A stretch of DNA of 64,000 nucleotides, from the sequence record OP617745.1. One strand, written 5' to 3'. The notes below the pieces were generated by a model. That model was not told the origin of the DNA, did no database searches, and was given only the letters and a program-made list of their open reading frames with translations. The position numbers and the translations under genes are program-made. This document shows positions 8,568-16,888 of the stretch, piece after piece. The first letter of the stretch is position 1. Each line of letters starts with the position of its first letter.

Positions 8568-8632
8568 TAGATTTTTTATCTGAACAAATTATTTTTTTGT
8601 TATATAATTACATATAAAAAAGGATTAAATTT

Positions 8633-9160
8633 ATGGTATGGAAAACACTTAAAGAAAATGATTTATATGAAATAGATGAATATGGAAATATTAGAAATAA
8701 ATCAACTATGCTAATAAGGAAAACTTCATTAAATGAGAATGGATATAAACAAATTATATTATCGTACAAAGGGAAAATATCTACTTATAAAATACATAGA
8801 TTAGTAGCAAATAATTTCCTTGCTCCACCAACAAAAGAGCAATTAGAATGGGCTAAAACTACAAAATATAAAGTTGTTCAAGTAAATCATAAGGATGGAA
8901 ACAAATTAAACAATCATAAAGACAATTTAGAATGGAATACTAATAGTGAAAACATGATTCATTCTTTTAAAAATCTTAATAGATTTAGACCAGGAAAAGG
9001 AAGTTCAAATATTAATAGTAAGCTTACAAAAGAAAATGAAAAATTTATATTGACTAATTATAAAAAGCGTGATAAGAAATATGGATTAGAAGCATTGGCG
9101 AGACAATTTAATGTTAGTGCAACAACTATTGCAAGATGCATTAATAATAATAAAAAATAA
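8633..9160 (+). CDS. NUMOD4/HNH homing endonuclease
   Basis: WKTLKENDLYEIDEYGNIRN (NUMOD4); HRLVANNFL...VNHKDGNKLNNHKDNLEW (HNH). Confidence 0.9.
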   Translation: MVWKTLKENDLYEIDEYGNIRNKSTMLIRKTSLNENGYKQIILSYKGKISTYKIHRLVANNFLAPPTKEQLEWAKTTKYKVVQVNHKDGNKLNNHKDNLEWNTNSENMIHSFKNLNRFRPGKGSSNINSKLTKENEKFILTNYKKRDKKYGLEALARQFNVSATTIARCINNNKK

Positions 9161-9163
9161 TAT

Positions 9164-9192
9164 TTGACAAGATTATTCAGTACTGCTATTAT
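9164..9192 (+). promoter_or_regulatory. early sigma70 promoter, representative of more than 25 similar promoters in 9-27 kb
   Basis: TTGACA-agattattcAGTACTGc-TATTAT. Confidence 0.85.
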
Positions 9193-9213
9193 ATATTCAT
9201 ACCAAACAGCAAA

Positions 9214-9233
9214 GGGAATCAGTACTGATTCCC
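9214..9233. repeat. 20-bp palindrome GGGAATCAGTACTGATTCCC used as a leader hairpin (copies at 10124, 10539, 16649, 18974; variants at 9727, 14597, 20238)
   Basis: Direct sequence comparison; lies between promoter and AAGGAG SD in all copies except 9727. Confidence 0.9.
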
Positions 9234-9250
9234 TGTAAAGGAGAACTACC

Positions 9251-9421
9251 ATGAAATACGCATACTCTTATTTTATTGTAAACGGTGAACGTTTGACCAT
9301 CGGCCAGGCTGCTGTAAAACATGAAATCATTTGCGATGAGCTGGCGAAGATGCTACCAGGTGAAACGCAAGAGTTTTACAAAGGCTTTCAGAAAGTCACT
9401 GTAACACGCTGCGAAGATTGA
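9251..9421 (+). CDS. small early protein (56 aa)
   Basis: Manual ORF with its own promoter and AAGGAG SD. Confidence 0.75.
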   Translation: MKYAYSYFIVNGERLTIGQAAVKHEIICDELAKMLPGETQEFYKGFQKVTVTRCED

Positions 9422-9486
9422 TCCAGTACTGGGGCAGCAATGCCCCTTTAAACGTCCTGTAACGCATTGTAAGAGGTTTTTATAAT

Positions 9487-9714
9487 ATGGCTATAGAAGT
9501 TAACGCTGGGGATATAAAGGCGGCTGTACTGCGTACCCTGAAAGCATACGGCAGAAAGCTGAATGATCGCAACGTTCCCTATTATTTCCTTGCTGCTACT
9601 CATAAAATGGCAATCGCTGAGGCTCGCGGCTGGCTGAATGATCGCAGTACTGTAAAGAGTACCAGAACAAGAAACGCAATTGAGCGATGGATAAAAGAAT
9701 TAAATCATTTCTAA
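9487..9714 (+). CDS. hypothetical early protein
   Basis: ORF track. Confidence 0.75.
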   Translation: MAIEVNAGDIKAAVLRTLKAYGRKLNDRNVPYYFLAATHKMAIAEARGWLNDRSTVKSTRTRNAIERWIKELNHF

Positions 9715-9787
9715 TAGTTCAGTTAAGGGATTCAGTACTGATTCCCTGTTCAGTACTGAAATTATAAGGGGAGTTAATTAATTCCCC

Positions 9788-9802
9788 TTTACAAATCTTT
9801 AC
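9788..9802. promoter_or_regulatory. CpxR-like box (TTTAC-N5-TTTAC)
   Basis: Reverse complement GTAAAGATTTGTAAA, 10 nt upstream of the -35 at 9813. Confidence 0.55.
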
Positions 9803-9812
9803 AAAAGAATGG

Positions 9813-9895
9813 TTGACATAGTATTTCAGTACTGGTATTATGTATTCATAGACAGAACAAGTCTTTGACCCACCGGGTGCGGAGGAGTATCTATT
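9813..9895 (+). ncRNA. promoter plus two-hairpin RNA motif copy
   Basis: TTGACA-17-TATTAT; AGAC-AGAACAA-GTCT; ACCC-ACC-GGGT GCGGAGGAGTATCTATT. Confidence 0.55.
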
Positions 9896-9904
9896 AGATT
9901 GAAT

Positions 9905-9923
9905 GAGAATGATAATGATTCTC
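9905..9923. promoter_or_regulatory. Fur box
   Basis: GAGAATGATAATGATTCTC, identical to 8119-8137. Confidence 0.7.
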
Positions 9924-10161
9924 ATTTACTGTACTGAATATATTCCAGCACCCTTTTTGGGCTTTTCGATTTCTCTCTACTTGTTAATAAGTATACCATA
10001 ATCAGTACTGAATGCAATGCTCTTTACAAATCTTTACAAAAGAAAATAATTATAAAAAGTACTGAAAAAGTATTTGACGTAATAATGTAGTACTGGCATA
10101 ATACATCCATACCAAACAACAAAGGGAATCAGTACTGATTCCCTGTTAAGGAGTAACTAAA

Positions 10162-10449
10162 ATGTTTAATGCTAATGATCATATTGTTAAAGAGTTTTCT
10201 TTCAGTAAGCCGGTGCATTTAGAAAACGGTGAAACGCTGGACAATAAATTTTATGGTAGTATTATTAAGCGTTATACATCGCGTAGCAGTACTGGAATTT
10301 TGTGGGAAGTGAATAAACAGTACAATGGTAATTCGCTGGTTGTCAATGAGTGGGAAAGTTATGCAGTAGCTGAAATGGATTTTTCTAACTTCATTACTGA
10401 ATCTTTGAACGATGATATTTTTTACAAGTTCACAGCGGAAAGGGTTTAA
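10162..10449 (+). CDS. hypothetical early protein
   Basis: Own promoter, leader palindrome, SD. Confidence 0.8.
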   Translation: MFNANDHIVKEFSFSKPVHLENGETLDNKFYGSIIKRYTSRSSTGILWEVNKQYNGNSLVVNEWESYAVAEMDFSNFITESLNDDIFYKFTAERV

Positions 10450-10576
10450 AAAGTTTTAAAGAGTATTTGACAACATAAACCAGTACTGTATAATGTATTG
10501 CATAGGGCGGCACAAGTCGCCCACAACTAACCAGCAAAGGGAATCAGTACTGATTCCCTGTTAAGGAGTAATTACT

Positions 10577-11188
10577 ATGAATGTTATCGATACTATCTAT
10601 TCTAAATCTTTTGATGAATTGGATTCAGTACAGAAGAAAAAAGCAATTGATATTATGCGGGATCTGGAACGCCACGATTCAGATCCATTCTGGGCACAAT
10701 TAATTAATGAAGATAAACGCGAATTAATGAATAATGAATATGGTTTTACTGATACTGTAATTCATTATAGCGGCTTTTGCTCACAAGGTGACGGGGCGTC
10801 AATTAGTACTGAATCAATCGCCGCCGAGACGTTTTTACGCAAAATTAAAGCATGGTCGAAATTCCGTGTATTGCATAAACATTTCAATGATGGTACAATT
10901 ACATTAAAGATCGAACGCAACGATCATCGTTATTCTCATGAAAATACTGTTTCTGGTGTGGTGGATCTGGACTACGGCACTGAATTCACTGCTAAACAGG
11001 AAGAGAAAGCGGACGAACTGGAAACGCTTTTGACTGAAACTATCCGCGATCTTTCTCGCCAGCATTATCAGGTTCTGAGCGATGAAAACGATTATCAAAA
11101 TAGTGATGAAGCATTGATTGAATCGATTAATGCAAATGATTATAATTTCAAAGTTAATAGTACTGGCGACGTGTTAGGACTTGCATAA
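10577..11188 (+). CDS. conserved phage protein of unknown function (SGFxSQGDGA motif)
   Basis: HYSGFCSQGDGAS and C-terminal SDEALIESINANDYNF, recalled as a recurrent phage family. Confidence 0.75.
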   Translation: MNVIDTIYSKSFDELDSVQKKKAIDIMRDLERHDSDPFWAQLINEDKRELMNNEYGFTDTVIHYSGFCSQGDGASISTESIAAETFLRKIKAWSKFRVLHKHFNDGTITLKIERNDHRYSHENTVSGVVDLDYGTEFTAKQEEKADELETLLTETIRDLSRQHYQVLSDENDYQNSDEALIESINANDYNFKVNSTGDVLGLA

Positions 11189-11278
11189 TGACCAAATTAT
11201 ATATTCGTTTCTGTTTTGCCTGGTACTTGTATAATCTGCAAAATGGTTATACAGTGAAATAATGAACTGATATACTGT

Positions 11279-11373
11279 AAAACGTCCTGTAAACGATTAT
11301 GGGACGTTTTAAGGAATATTGGTACAATGGTTAGTACTGAATGATTTAAACGCCTTACAATCGCTTACAGGGG
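11279..11373. repeat. bipartite AAAACGTCCTGTAA... element (near-identical 40 nt at 19499; relatives at 9449, 13064, 14341, 15449, 23762, 27200)
   Basis: aaaacgtcctgtaa(a/t)cgattatgggacgttttaaggaata, 39/40 identical. Confidence 0.75.
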
Positions 11374-11382
11374 ATTATATCA

Positions 11383-11613
11383 ATGACTATTATCGCAAAA
11401 TCCAAAATCAACAATACTACAGTAAAACTTGTACAATTGAAAAACTGTTTTAAAGTTTCCTATTGTGGTTTTAAGCGTGAATTTAGTACTATCGAAAAGG
11501 CGGCAGAACATTACAGCAGTACTGTAAAATCTTTTGTTGATAATGATTCTCGTAACCTTGTTAGTGATTATAATCGTTTTAATTCAATTCAGGAACAATT
11601 AAAAGATCTGTAA
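11383..11613 (+). CDS. hypothetical early protein
   Basis: ORF track. Confidence 0.75.
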   Translation: MTIIAKSKINNTTVKLVQLKNCFKVSYCGFKREFSTIEKAAEHYSSTVKSFVDNDSRNLVSDYNRFNSIQEQLKDL

Positions 11614-11678
11614 AAAGTACTTGCTTTAATCTTTCAGTACTGTTATAATAACTACATCAACCACAAAGGAGTAACCAA

Positions 11679-11993
11679 ATGAGTACTAAAGAACTGAATG
11701 TAACTACCAACACTTATAAGACGTTAGGCGGTCGGTTGTTACGTGATTATTACGCGATTGAGATCGAAGAACGCGAATTACCCGAAGATAAACACTATTG
11801 GGAAAGTGGTGTGAGTCCTCTGTTACGGGTAACAACGTCAAAGCATGTTTTCTTTACTTCCCGCATTCATGTTAATAAGCGTGTTGAATTGACTTTCTCT
11901 TTCAGTGGTAGTTATAAAGATCATGAGATCTTGAATGATCGTATCGTTATTAATAAATTTATTCAAATGTATGGTGTAGATTCTTTCGCATAA
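11679..11993 (+). CDS. hypothetical early protein
   Basis: Own promoter, AAGGAG SD. Confidence 0.8.
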   Translation: MSTKELNVTTNTYKTLGGRLLRDYYAIEIEERELPEDKHYWESGVSPLLRVTTSKHVFFTSRIHVNKRVELTFSFSGSYKDHEILNDRIVINKFIQMYGVDSFA

Positions 11994-12056
11994 GTATTTG
12001 ACAATGCGATCCAGTACTGTATAATGTATTTCATCGAATAGATAGGAGTACTTACC

Positions 12057-12362
12057 ATGCTAACTTGGAATAAATCCAGTGTTTTAAAAGTGCAAAAAGT
12101 ACTGAATAATGATTATGGTGATATTTTAATCAGTACTGTAAACTTAACTGATACATTTATTAAAAATGTAAAAGCTGGGAATGATCTCCGGCAAGAATAT
12201 TTGAACGCAGTTCAAACTATTCTACATATTCCAGAACAATTGGTTTATTTTGTTCGTACTCTTTCACAATCAAAAATTATGATCCGTTTTAAAGAAGTAC
12301 CAGAATTCAGATCATTAGTTGCTTTTTATGAAATTTTGGTAAAACAAGCAAGATGTTTATAA
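12057..12362 (+). CDS. hypothetical early protein
   Basis: Own promoter, AGGAG SD. Confidence 0.8.
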   Translation: MLTWNKSSVLKVQKVLNNDYGDILISTVNLTDTFIKNVKAGNDLRQEYLNAVQTILHIPEQLVYFVRTLSQSKIMIRFKEVPEFRSLVAFYEILVKQARCL

Positions 12363-12451
12363 AAAGTATTTGACAATGCGATCCAGTACTGTATAATGTA
12401 TTACATCAAAGGGGATACATAGTGTATCCCTGATATAAAGGAGTAGCGACT

Positions 12452-12811
12452 ATGCGAGCTTTTAACGTTTATAAGAATGACAAGAAAATTGACGTTGTTT
12501 ATTATTCCGAAGTAATGACCGCGAAAGAAGTAACCGATTTACTGAATAGCCGTGGTGAATACAACGGTGAAGTAAAAGCATTTCGGTCATTGAATAGTGC
12601 GAATATTCGCACAGTACTGAAAAATGCTAAAACTGTTTTATTCAATGATGACGAATATTTTAATAAAGATGTTACGGGTATTAAAAACCTGGAAGATCTG
12701 AAAAGCCTTATTGGTATTAAAGGCAATGTTTATAAAGTTACTGAAGTCGGATCACGCCATGAATATAAATTAGCCAATAGTGATTATAAATTTTCAATCA
12801 TTGTAATGTAA
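12452..12811 (+). CDS. hypothetical early protein
   Basis: Own promoter, leader hairpin, SD. Confidence 0.8.
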   Translation: MRAFNVYKNDKKIDVVYYSEVMTAKEVTDLLNSRGEYNGEVKAFRSLNSANIRTVLKNAKTVLFNDDEYFNKDVTGIKNLEDLKSLIGIKGNVYKVTEVGSRHEYKLANSDYKFSIIVM

Positions 12812-12907
12812 TATGAAAGTTTATAGCGTCGATGCTTACGATATTCAGGGCGATCTTTCAGTACTGAAAAATATGTTGACATAGTTTTTTGTTACTGTAT
12901 AATAATT

Positions 12908-12932
12908 AGGGGATCAATCGATCCCCTTTTTT
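12908..12932 (+). terminator. intrinsic terminator directly after a promoter (12876-12903)
   Basis: AGGGGATC-AATC-GATCCCCT-TTTTT. Confidence 0.7.
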
Positions 12933-12951
12933 GTTTCAGTACTGAATTAAT

Positions 12952-13036
12952 AATAGATACACTACGGCACCCTATGGGTTAGTGCCTTGTGTCCGGCTTA
13001 TGTAGTTATTATGCCAGTACTGCGAACATAAGTCAA
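12952..13036 (-). ncRNA. promoter plus two-hairpin RNA motif copy
   Basis: Reverse complement TTGACT-17-CATAAT; GCC-GGACACAA-GGC; ACCC-ATA-GGGT GCCGTAGTGTATCTATT. Confidence 0.55.
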
Positions 13037-13046
13037 TAGATGATTT

Positions 13047-13061
13047 GTAAAGAAGTGTAAA
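13047..13061. promoter_or_regulatory. CpxR-like box
   Basis: GTAAA-GAAGT-GTAAA, 10 nt upstream of the minus-strand -35. Confidence 0.55.
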
Positions 13062-13494
13062 TGCACAGGAAGCGTTTTAAGGCGTTAATCTGTTGCTGGT
13101 GGCTGATAGTACAGAGAAGTGTTTTAGATTGATTGTAGGCTGTTGTAGGCGTTTATAGATAGTAAAGTACTGATAATGTTTAATGATCCAAGTATGTGCA
13201 AATTATTTTAATTTTTTTCGTATTGGGTATTGACGGATTATGTCAGTACTGGCATAATGTATCACATGAAGCGGCGAGATGGAAAGTCATCTCAGTAGCT
13301 GGCCAGTAAAGCATATGAAGTCCTGGTGTCGCCTCAAACGGTCTTAGGTATTAAATAGCACGTAACATCTAAACGTTGATGATACTGAAAACTAAAAAGA
13401 AAAAAGTAGTTGACAAGTACTAACGAGAATGAGATAATCTCACTCGTTGAAACAAACAAACAATCTTAATCAAAACTTAATGAGGATTTACAAA

Positions 13495-13995
13495 ATGGCT
13501 AAACTTAACTCTGTGATCGTTGCTCTGCTGGCTGGTGATTTCGCTGCTCTGAATACTTCTTTCGCGTCGGTATCGATGGAAGATATGAAAACTGTCCGCA
13601 ATAACTTTAACGACTTTTATTCCAAATTTAAAGCGGCAAATGAAGCGGCGGAAGCGGCTGCAAAAGAGCGTAAAGCACAGATCGAAACCGAAACTAAAGC
13701 CCTGGTAGATGCCCTGGTAACTGCTGGCCTGGATCTGGAAATGGCCGCCGAAGTCGCCAGCCAGAAAATGGCGGTGAAATATCCCGAGCTGGTCGCGAAG
13801 TCGGGAACTGGTAAAACCTGGTCGTTTGAAACGGTATTCGTTAACGTTGACGGTGAAAAACTGGAAATTGGCACCAAAGGCAACAAAGGCAGTATGAAAG
13901 CACTGGCTGCGGCACGCGAAGCAATTGCCGCCGGGCAGTACAAAGATCGTGCTGAATGGATCGCCGCTCACACCTGGACTGAAACCGAAGCGTAA
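13495..13995 (+). CDS. highly expressed early protein, tentatively H-NS-like
   Basis: SD GAGGA before ATG 13495; host-optimal codons; coiled coil then ALVDALVTAGLDLE, similar to the H-NS oligomerisation region. Confidence 0.5.
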   Translation: MAKLNSVIVALLAGDFAALNTSFASVSMEDMKTVRNNFNDFYSKFKAANEAAEAAAKERKAQIETETKALVDALVTAGLDLEMAAEVASQKMAVKYPELVAKSGTGKTWSFETVFVNVDGEKLEIGTKGNKGSMKALAAAREAIAAGQYKDRAEWIAAHTWTETEA

Positions 13996-14016
13996 TAATT
14001 CAGTACTGTAATAATT

Positions 14017-14044
14017 AGCCTCCTGTAATTAGGAGGCTTTTTAT
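14017..14044 (+). terminator. intrinsic terminator
   Basis: AGCCTCCT-GTAATT-AGGAGGCT-TTTT. Confidence 0.85.
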
Positions 14045-14135
14045 TTTGTTCAAAAAAATATTTTAATTTATTTTTTGAACGGACTTAAAAAATCGGATAT
14101 AATAATAAAGGGTGTTAATTACAGAGACCCCCATA

Positions 14136-14231
14136 GTGTTCGCTACGCTCACATAATGATCTTACTCGTTGCACTCGTAAGATCATTATCCAATCGGCCT
14201 TCGGCGATTTCTTTTTGATTTCCTACGGAAA
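14136..14231 (-). other. cluster of DNA hairpins with GNA triloops
   Basis: 13-bp stem ATAATGATCTTAC/GTAAGATCATTAT plus TTTCC-GTA-GGAAA and CC-GAA-GG on the minus strand. Confidence 0.6.
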
Positions 14232-14635
14232 CCAAACGAAACCACCAGCAAAGGCAGATCCCATTATTTGATTTAGTTAGTACTGCGATTAATTAGTAAT
14301 TCATTGCACTACATAGCAATCAATTCCTTTTGTAATAGCTCACAGGACGCAATAAGACGCGTTTAAATGACTTCCCTATGTAATGCCATTCCTTTTTAAT
14401 AAGTCCTCTTAAAACGCGTTACAGTGCGTTATACGGCGTTTAATAATACTCATCATTTCTTTTTCAAAAAGTACTTGCATTAATGATCCAGTACTGTAAT
14501 AATGTACTCACTGAAACGCAGTAAGTAAATGCAAATAAGTATTTGACAAAGTGTTGTAGTACTGGCATAATGAATACATCAAAACGAAATAGCAAAGGGA
14601 TTCAGTACTGAATCCCTGTTAAGGAGAAACACCAA

Positions 14636-15109
14636 ATGTTAAAACTTCATAAAGTACTGGATAACGCAGTTGTAACCGACTTTTTCCTGTCTCTTAACAA
14701 CGAACCGAAAACAGCGAAGGAAATTGTTTTGAGTGGTTACGTTGCCAGCAAGTCAGAGATCGCACATTTGGAAAGTGCTTTCAAGTGTGGGGATGTATTG
14801 TACAGAAAAATGCAAAATACCATTGAAGATTTGCAATATATCAATTTACGTGATATTGTAGACAACAAATTAGATATTTCGGAAGAAGCACGCGAAAACC
14901 TGGTAAGTAAATTATGTTACCGTTGCCGAACTGCAAAATGGAATCGCATTCGTAGTATTATTACTTACGATTTAAGTAATATCGATTCTAAATCAATTCT
15001 TGAACGTATGTTATTAAATTTACAAAGCAATGAATGGTTTTATACTGCTGCTCAATCTCATAGCGAAGAAATTGCATATATTCGTGATTATGTAATTTAC
15101 AGCAAGTAA
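14636..15109 (+). CDS. hypothetical early protein
   Basis: Own promoter, leader palindrome, SD. Confidence 0.8.
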   Translation: MLKLHKVLDNAVVTDFFLSLNNEPKTAKEIVLSGYVASKSEIAHLESAFKCGDVLYRKMQNTIEDLQYINLRDIVDNKLDISEEARENLVSKLCYRCRTAKWNRIRSIITYDLSNIDSKSILERMLLNLQSNEWFYTAAQSHSEEIAYIRDYVIYSK

Positions 15110-15182
15110 TTAATAATTGATTAGCCATCAATAAAGCTGGTGGCTAACAGAATATTAATAACCTGTTAGGAGAATAATCTAA

Positions 15183-15452
15183 ATGAAAGGTATTAGTACT
15201 ATAATTGATGCAAATACCCGCGTAGCTCGTTCAATGGTTGCTACGTCATTACGTGAATATACTGCAAGCGGGTATTTAGTATTCGCCGTAAATGGCAAAT
15301 TGCAAGAACGTAGAATAGCATTCAGTACTAAAGAAAATTGCCGTTATATTGTATTCAAGAAAGAAGCATACAAGATAGATTTACCAGCGAAACCGATCTC
15401 CGGTGGTTACAATGTTGAAAGTCTATATGAAAGGCCGCCATATACTGCATAG
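15183..15452 (+). CDS. hypothetical early protein
   Basis: SD AGGAG. Confidence 0.75.
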   Translation: MKGISTIIDANTRVARSMVATSLREYTASGYLVFAVNGKLQERRIAFSTKENCRYIVFKKEAYKIDLPAKPISGGYNVESLYERPPYTA

Positions 15453-15561
15453 AATCGATTTTGAGCGGCTTTAATGAAATATAGGGTATCAGTACTGATA
15501 CCCGTTTAAAACAGTGTAGAAAGGCGTATAACGCGTTATACGCCGTAAGGGAGTGGATTCT

Positions 15562-15732
15562 ATGAAGCGTGAACAAGCTTTATTGACGCCTGAAGAGGCA
15601 AGACGCTATGAAATGTTTTCAAACCAGGAAACGATCAAAGCGGCACAATATAATCCGGTTGCTTGTACAGTACAAAGAAAGAATTTTGTACTAAATGAAG
15701 TAGAAAGTATTATCAAATCAAATAAGGAGTAA
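15562..15732 (+). CDS. small early protein (56 aa)
   Basis: Manual ORF, SD GGGAG. Confidence 0.6.
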   Translation: MKREQALLTPEEARRYEMFSNQETIKAAQYNPVACTVQRKNFVLNEVESIIKSNKE

Positions 15733-15738
15733 AACGCT

Positions 15739-16011
15739 ATGCAAAATAACCGCCCAATGATCCGCAACATGCTTTTCGTATTCCAGAAAAAAGTTAATGT
15801 AACTTCGGTAAATGGTGAACGTAAATTAAATGCAGCATTCGCCAAATATACCCAAAGCAAAAACATCCATTACTTTTATCTTACTCTGAATGAGTTTAAT
15901 GATCTGGTAAAAGAAATGTTTGTCAGTACTGAAATTGTTGCACCTGTAAGCACTGATATCATTCTAAAAGAATGGGAAAGTTTTTACAAAAGTTCTGTTG
16001 TAATCGCTTGA
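15739..16011 (+). CDS. hypothetical early protein
   Basis: SD AAGGAG. Confidence 0.75.
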   Translation: MQNNRPMIRNMLFVFQKKVNVTSVNGERKLNAAFAKYTQSKNIHYFYLTLNEFNDLVKEMFVSTEIVAPVSTDIILKEWESFYKSSVVIA

Positions 16012-16091
16012 TAACATAATCCAGTACTGTATAATGTATTACATCAAAGGGAATGAATGATTCATTCCCGCATAACTAGGAGTAATTGACT

Positions 16092-16445
16092 ATGTTTGAT
16101 AAAGTTTTATTTTCTGATAACACCTCTGAAACCGAGATCCCGGAAGCGGTAAAAGCTTTTGCTCAATTAGTTGCCCAGCGTCAAACTGATAATTACGACG
16201 GGCCTTATTCTTTCCTTACTGAGATTAGTAAAGGAAAAAAGTTTATTAAACTTATTCGCCGCGAGAAGTGGAAAGATAACGGACAATTAACAGGCGGATC
16301 TGTATTTGCCTTTATTGATCCCGATGGTAACATTTACAAATCAGCGTCAGCTAAAGCACCAGCTAAAGGCATTCGCGGAAATGTTAACATCAATGGCGGC
16401 AATGATGCAATCAGACGTGATGGTTATATTCGTTACTTTCGTTAA
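16092..16445 (+). CDS. conserved phage protein of unknown function
   Basis: GKKFIKL...SVFAFIDPDGNIYKSASAKAPAKGIRGNV, recalled as a widespread phage family. Confidence 0.75.
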   Translation: MFDKVLFSDNTSETEIPEAVKAFAQLVAQRQTDNYDGPYSFLTEISKGKKFIKLIRREKWKDNGQLTGGSVFAFIDPDGNIYKSASAKAPAKGIRGNVNINGGNDAIRRDGYIRYFR

Positions 16446-16471
16446 TTGACAAATCTTTACAAATCCAGGGG

Positions 16472-16556
16472 TTGACTTCGGTCGCCCCTTTTGTTATTAT
16501 ATATTCATACCACAGAGCAAGTGGTTTAAGCCCACAGGGTGCCGAGATGTATCTAT
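16472..16556 (+). ncRNA. terminator-embedded promoter plus two-hairpin RNA motif copy
   Basis: TTGACT-17-TATTAT; ACCAC-AGAGCAA-GTGGT; GCCC-ACA-GGGT GCCGAGATGTATCTAT. Confidence 0.55.
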
Positions 16557-16687
16557 AATTTAATAATTTGAAGTACTGAAAAATAATTATAAAAGTAATT
16601 GCTTTGATTATCCAGTACTGCTATTATATATTCATACCTTAAAGCAAAGGGAATCAGTACTGATTCCCTGTATAGGAGATTATCCAA

Positions 16688-16888
16688 ATGATTAATGAAA
16701 ATACACAATTACAAAGCAAATTAAATATAAGTATCGGTAACGGGTTAGGCTCGCATAAATATGTGAAAGATCGCTCTTACACTTTACGTTTTCTTATTAA
16801 GTGTGGATTGACTAACCAACAAATATATAATTATTTCATAGTTAAAGGATTAACTAATAATGAAAGGAAAAAAATTAACGACAAGTGA
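16688..16888 (+). CDS. hypothetical early protein
   Basis: Own promoter, leader palindrome, SD. Confidence 0.65.
   Translation: MINENTQLQSKLNISIGNGLGSHKYVKDRSYTLRFLIKCGLTNQQIYNYFIVKGLTNNERKKINDK

Noticed and set aside
13477-13971. Long minus-strand ORFs (also 13617, 4087, 20918, 23374 and others)
   Set aside because: They are antisense shadows of well-supported plus-strand genes, with no SD or promoter support
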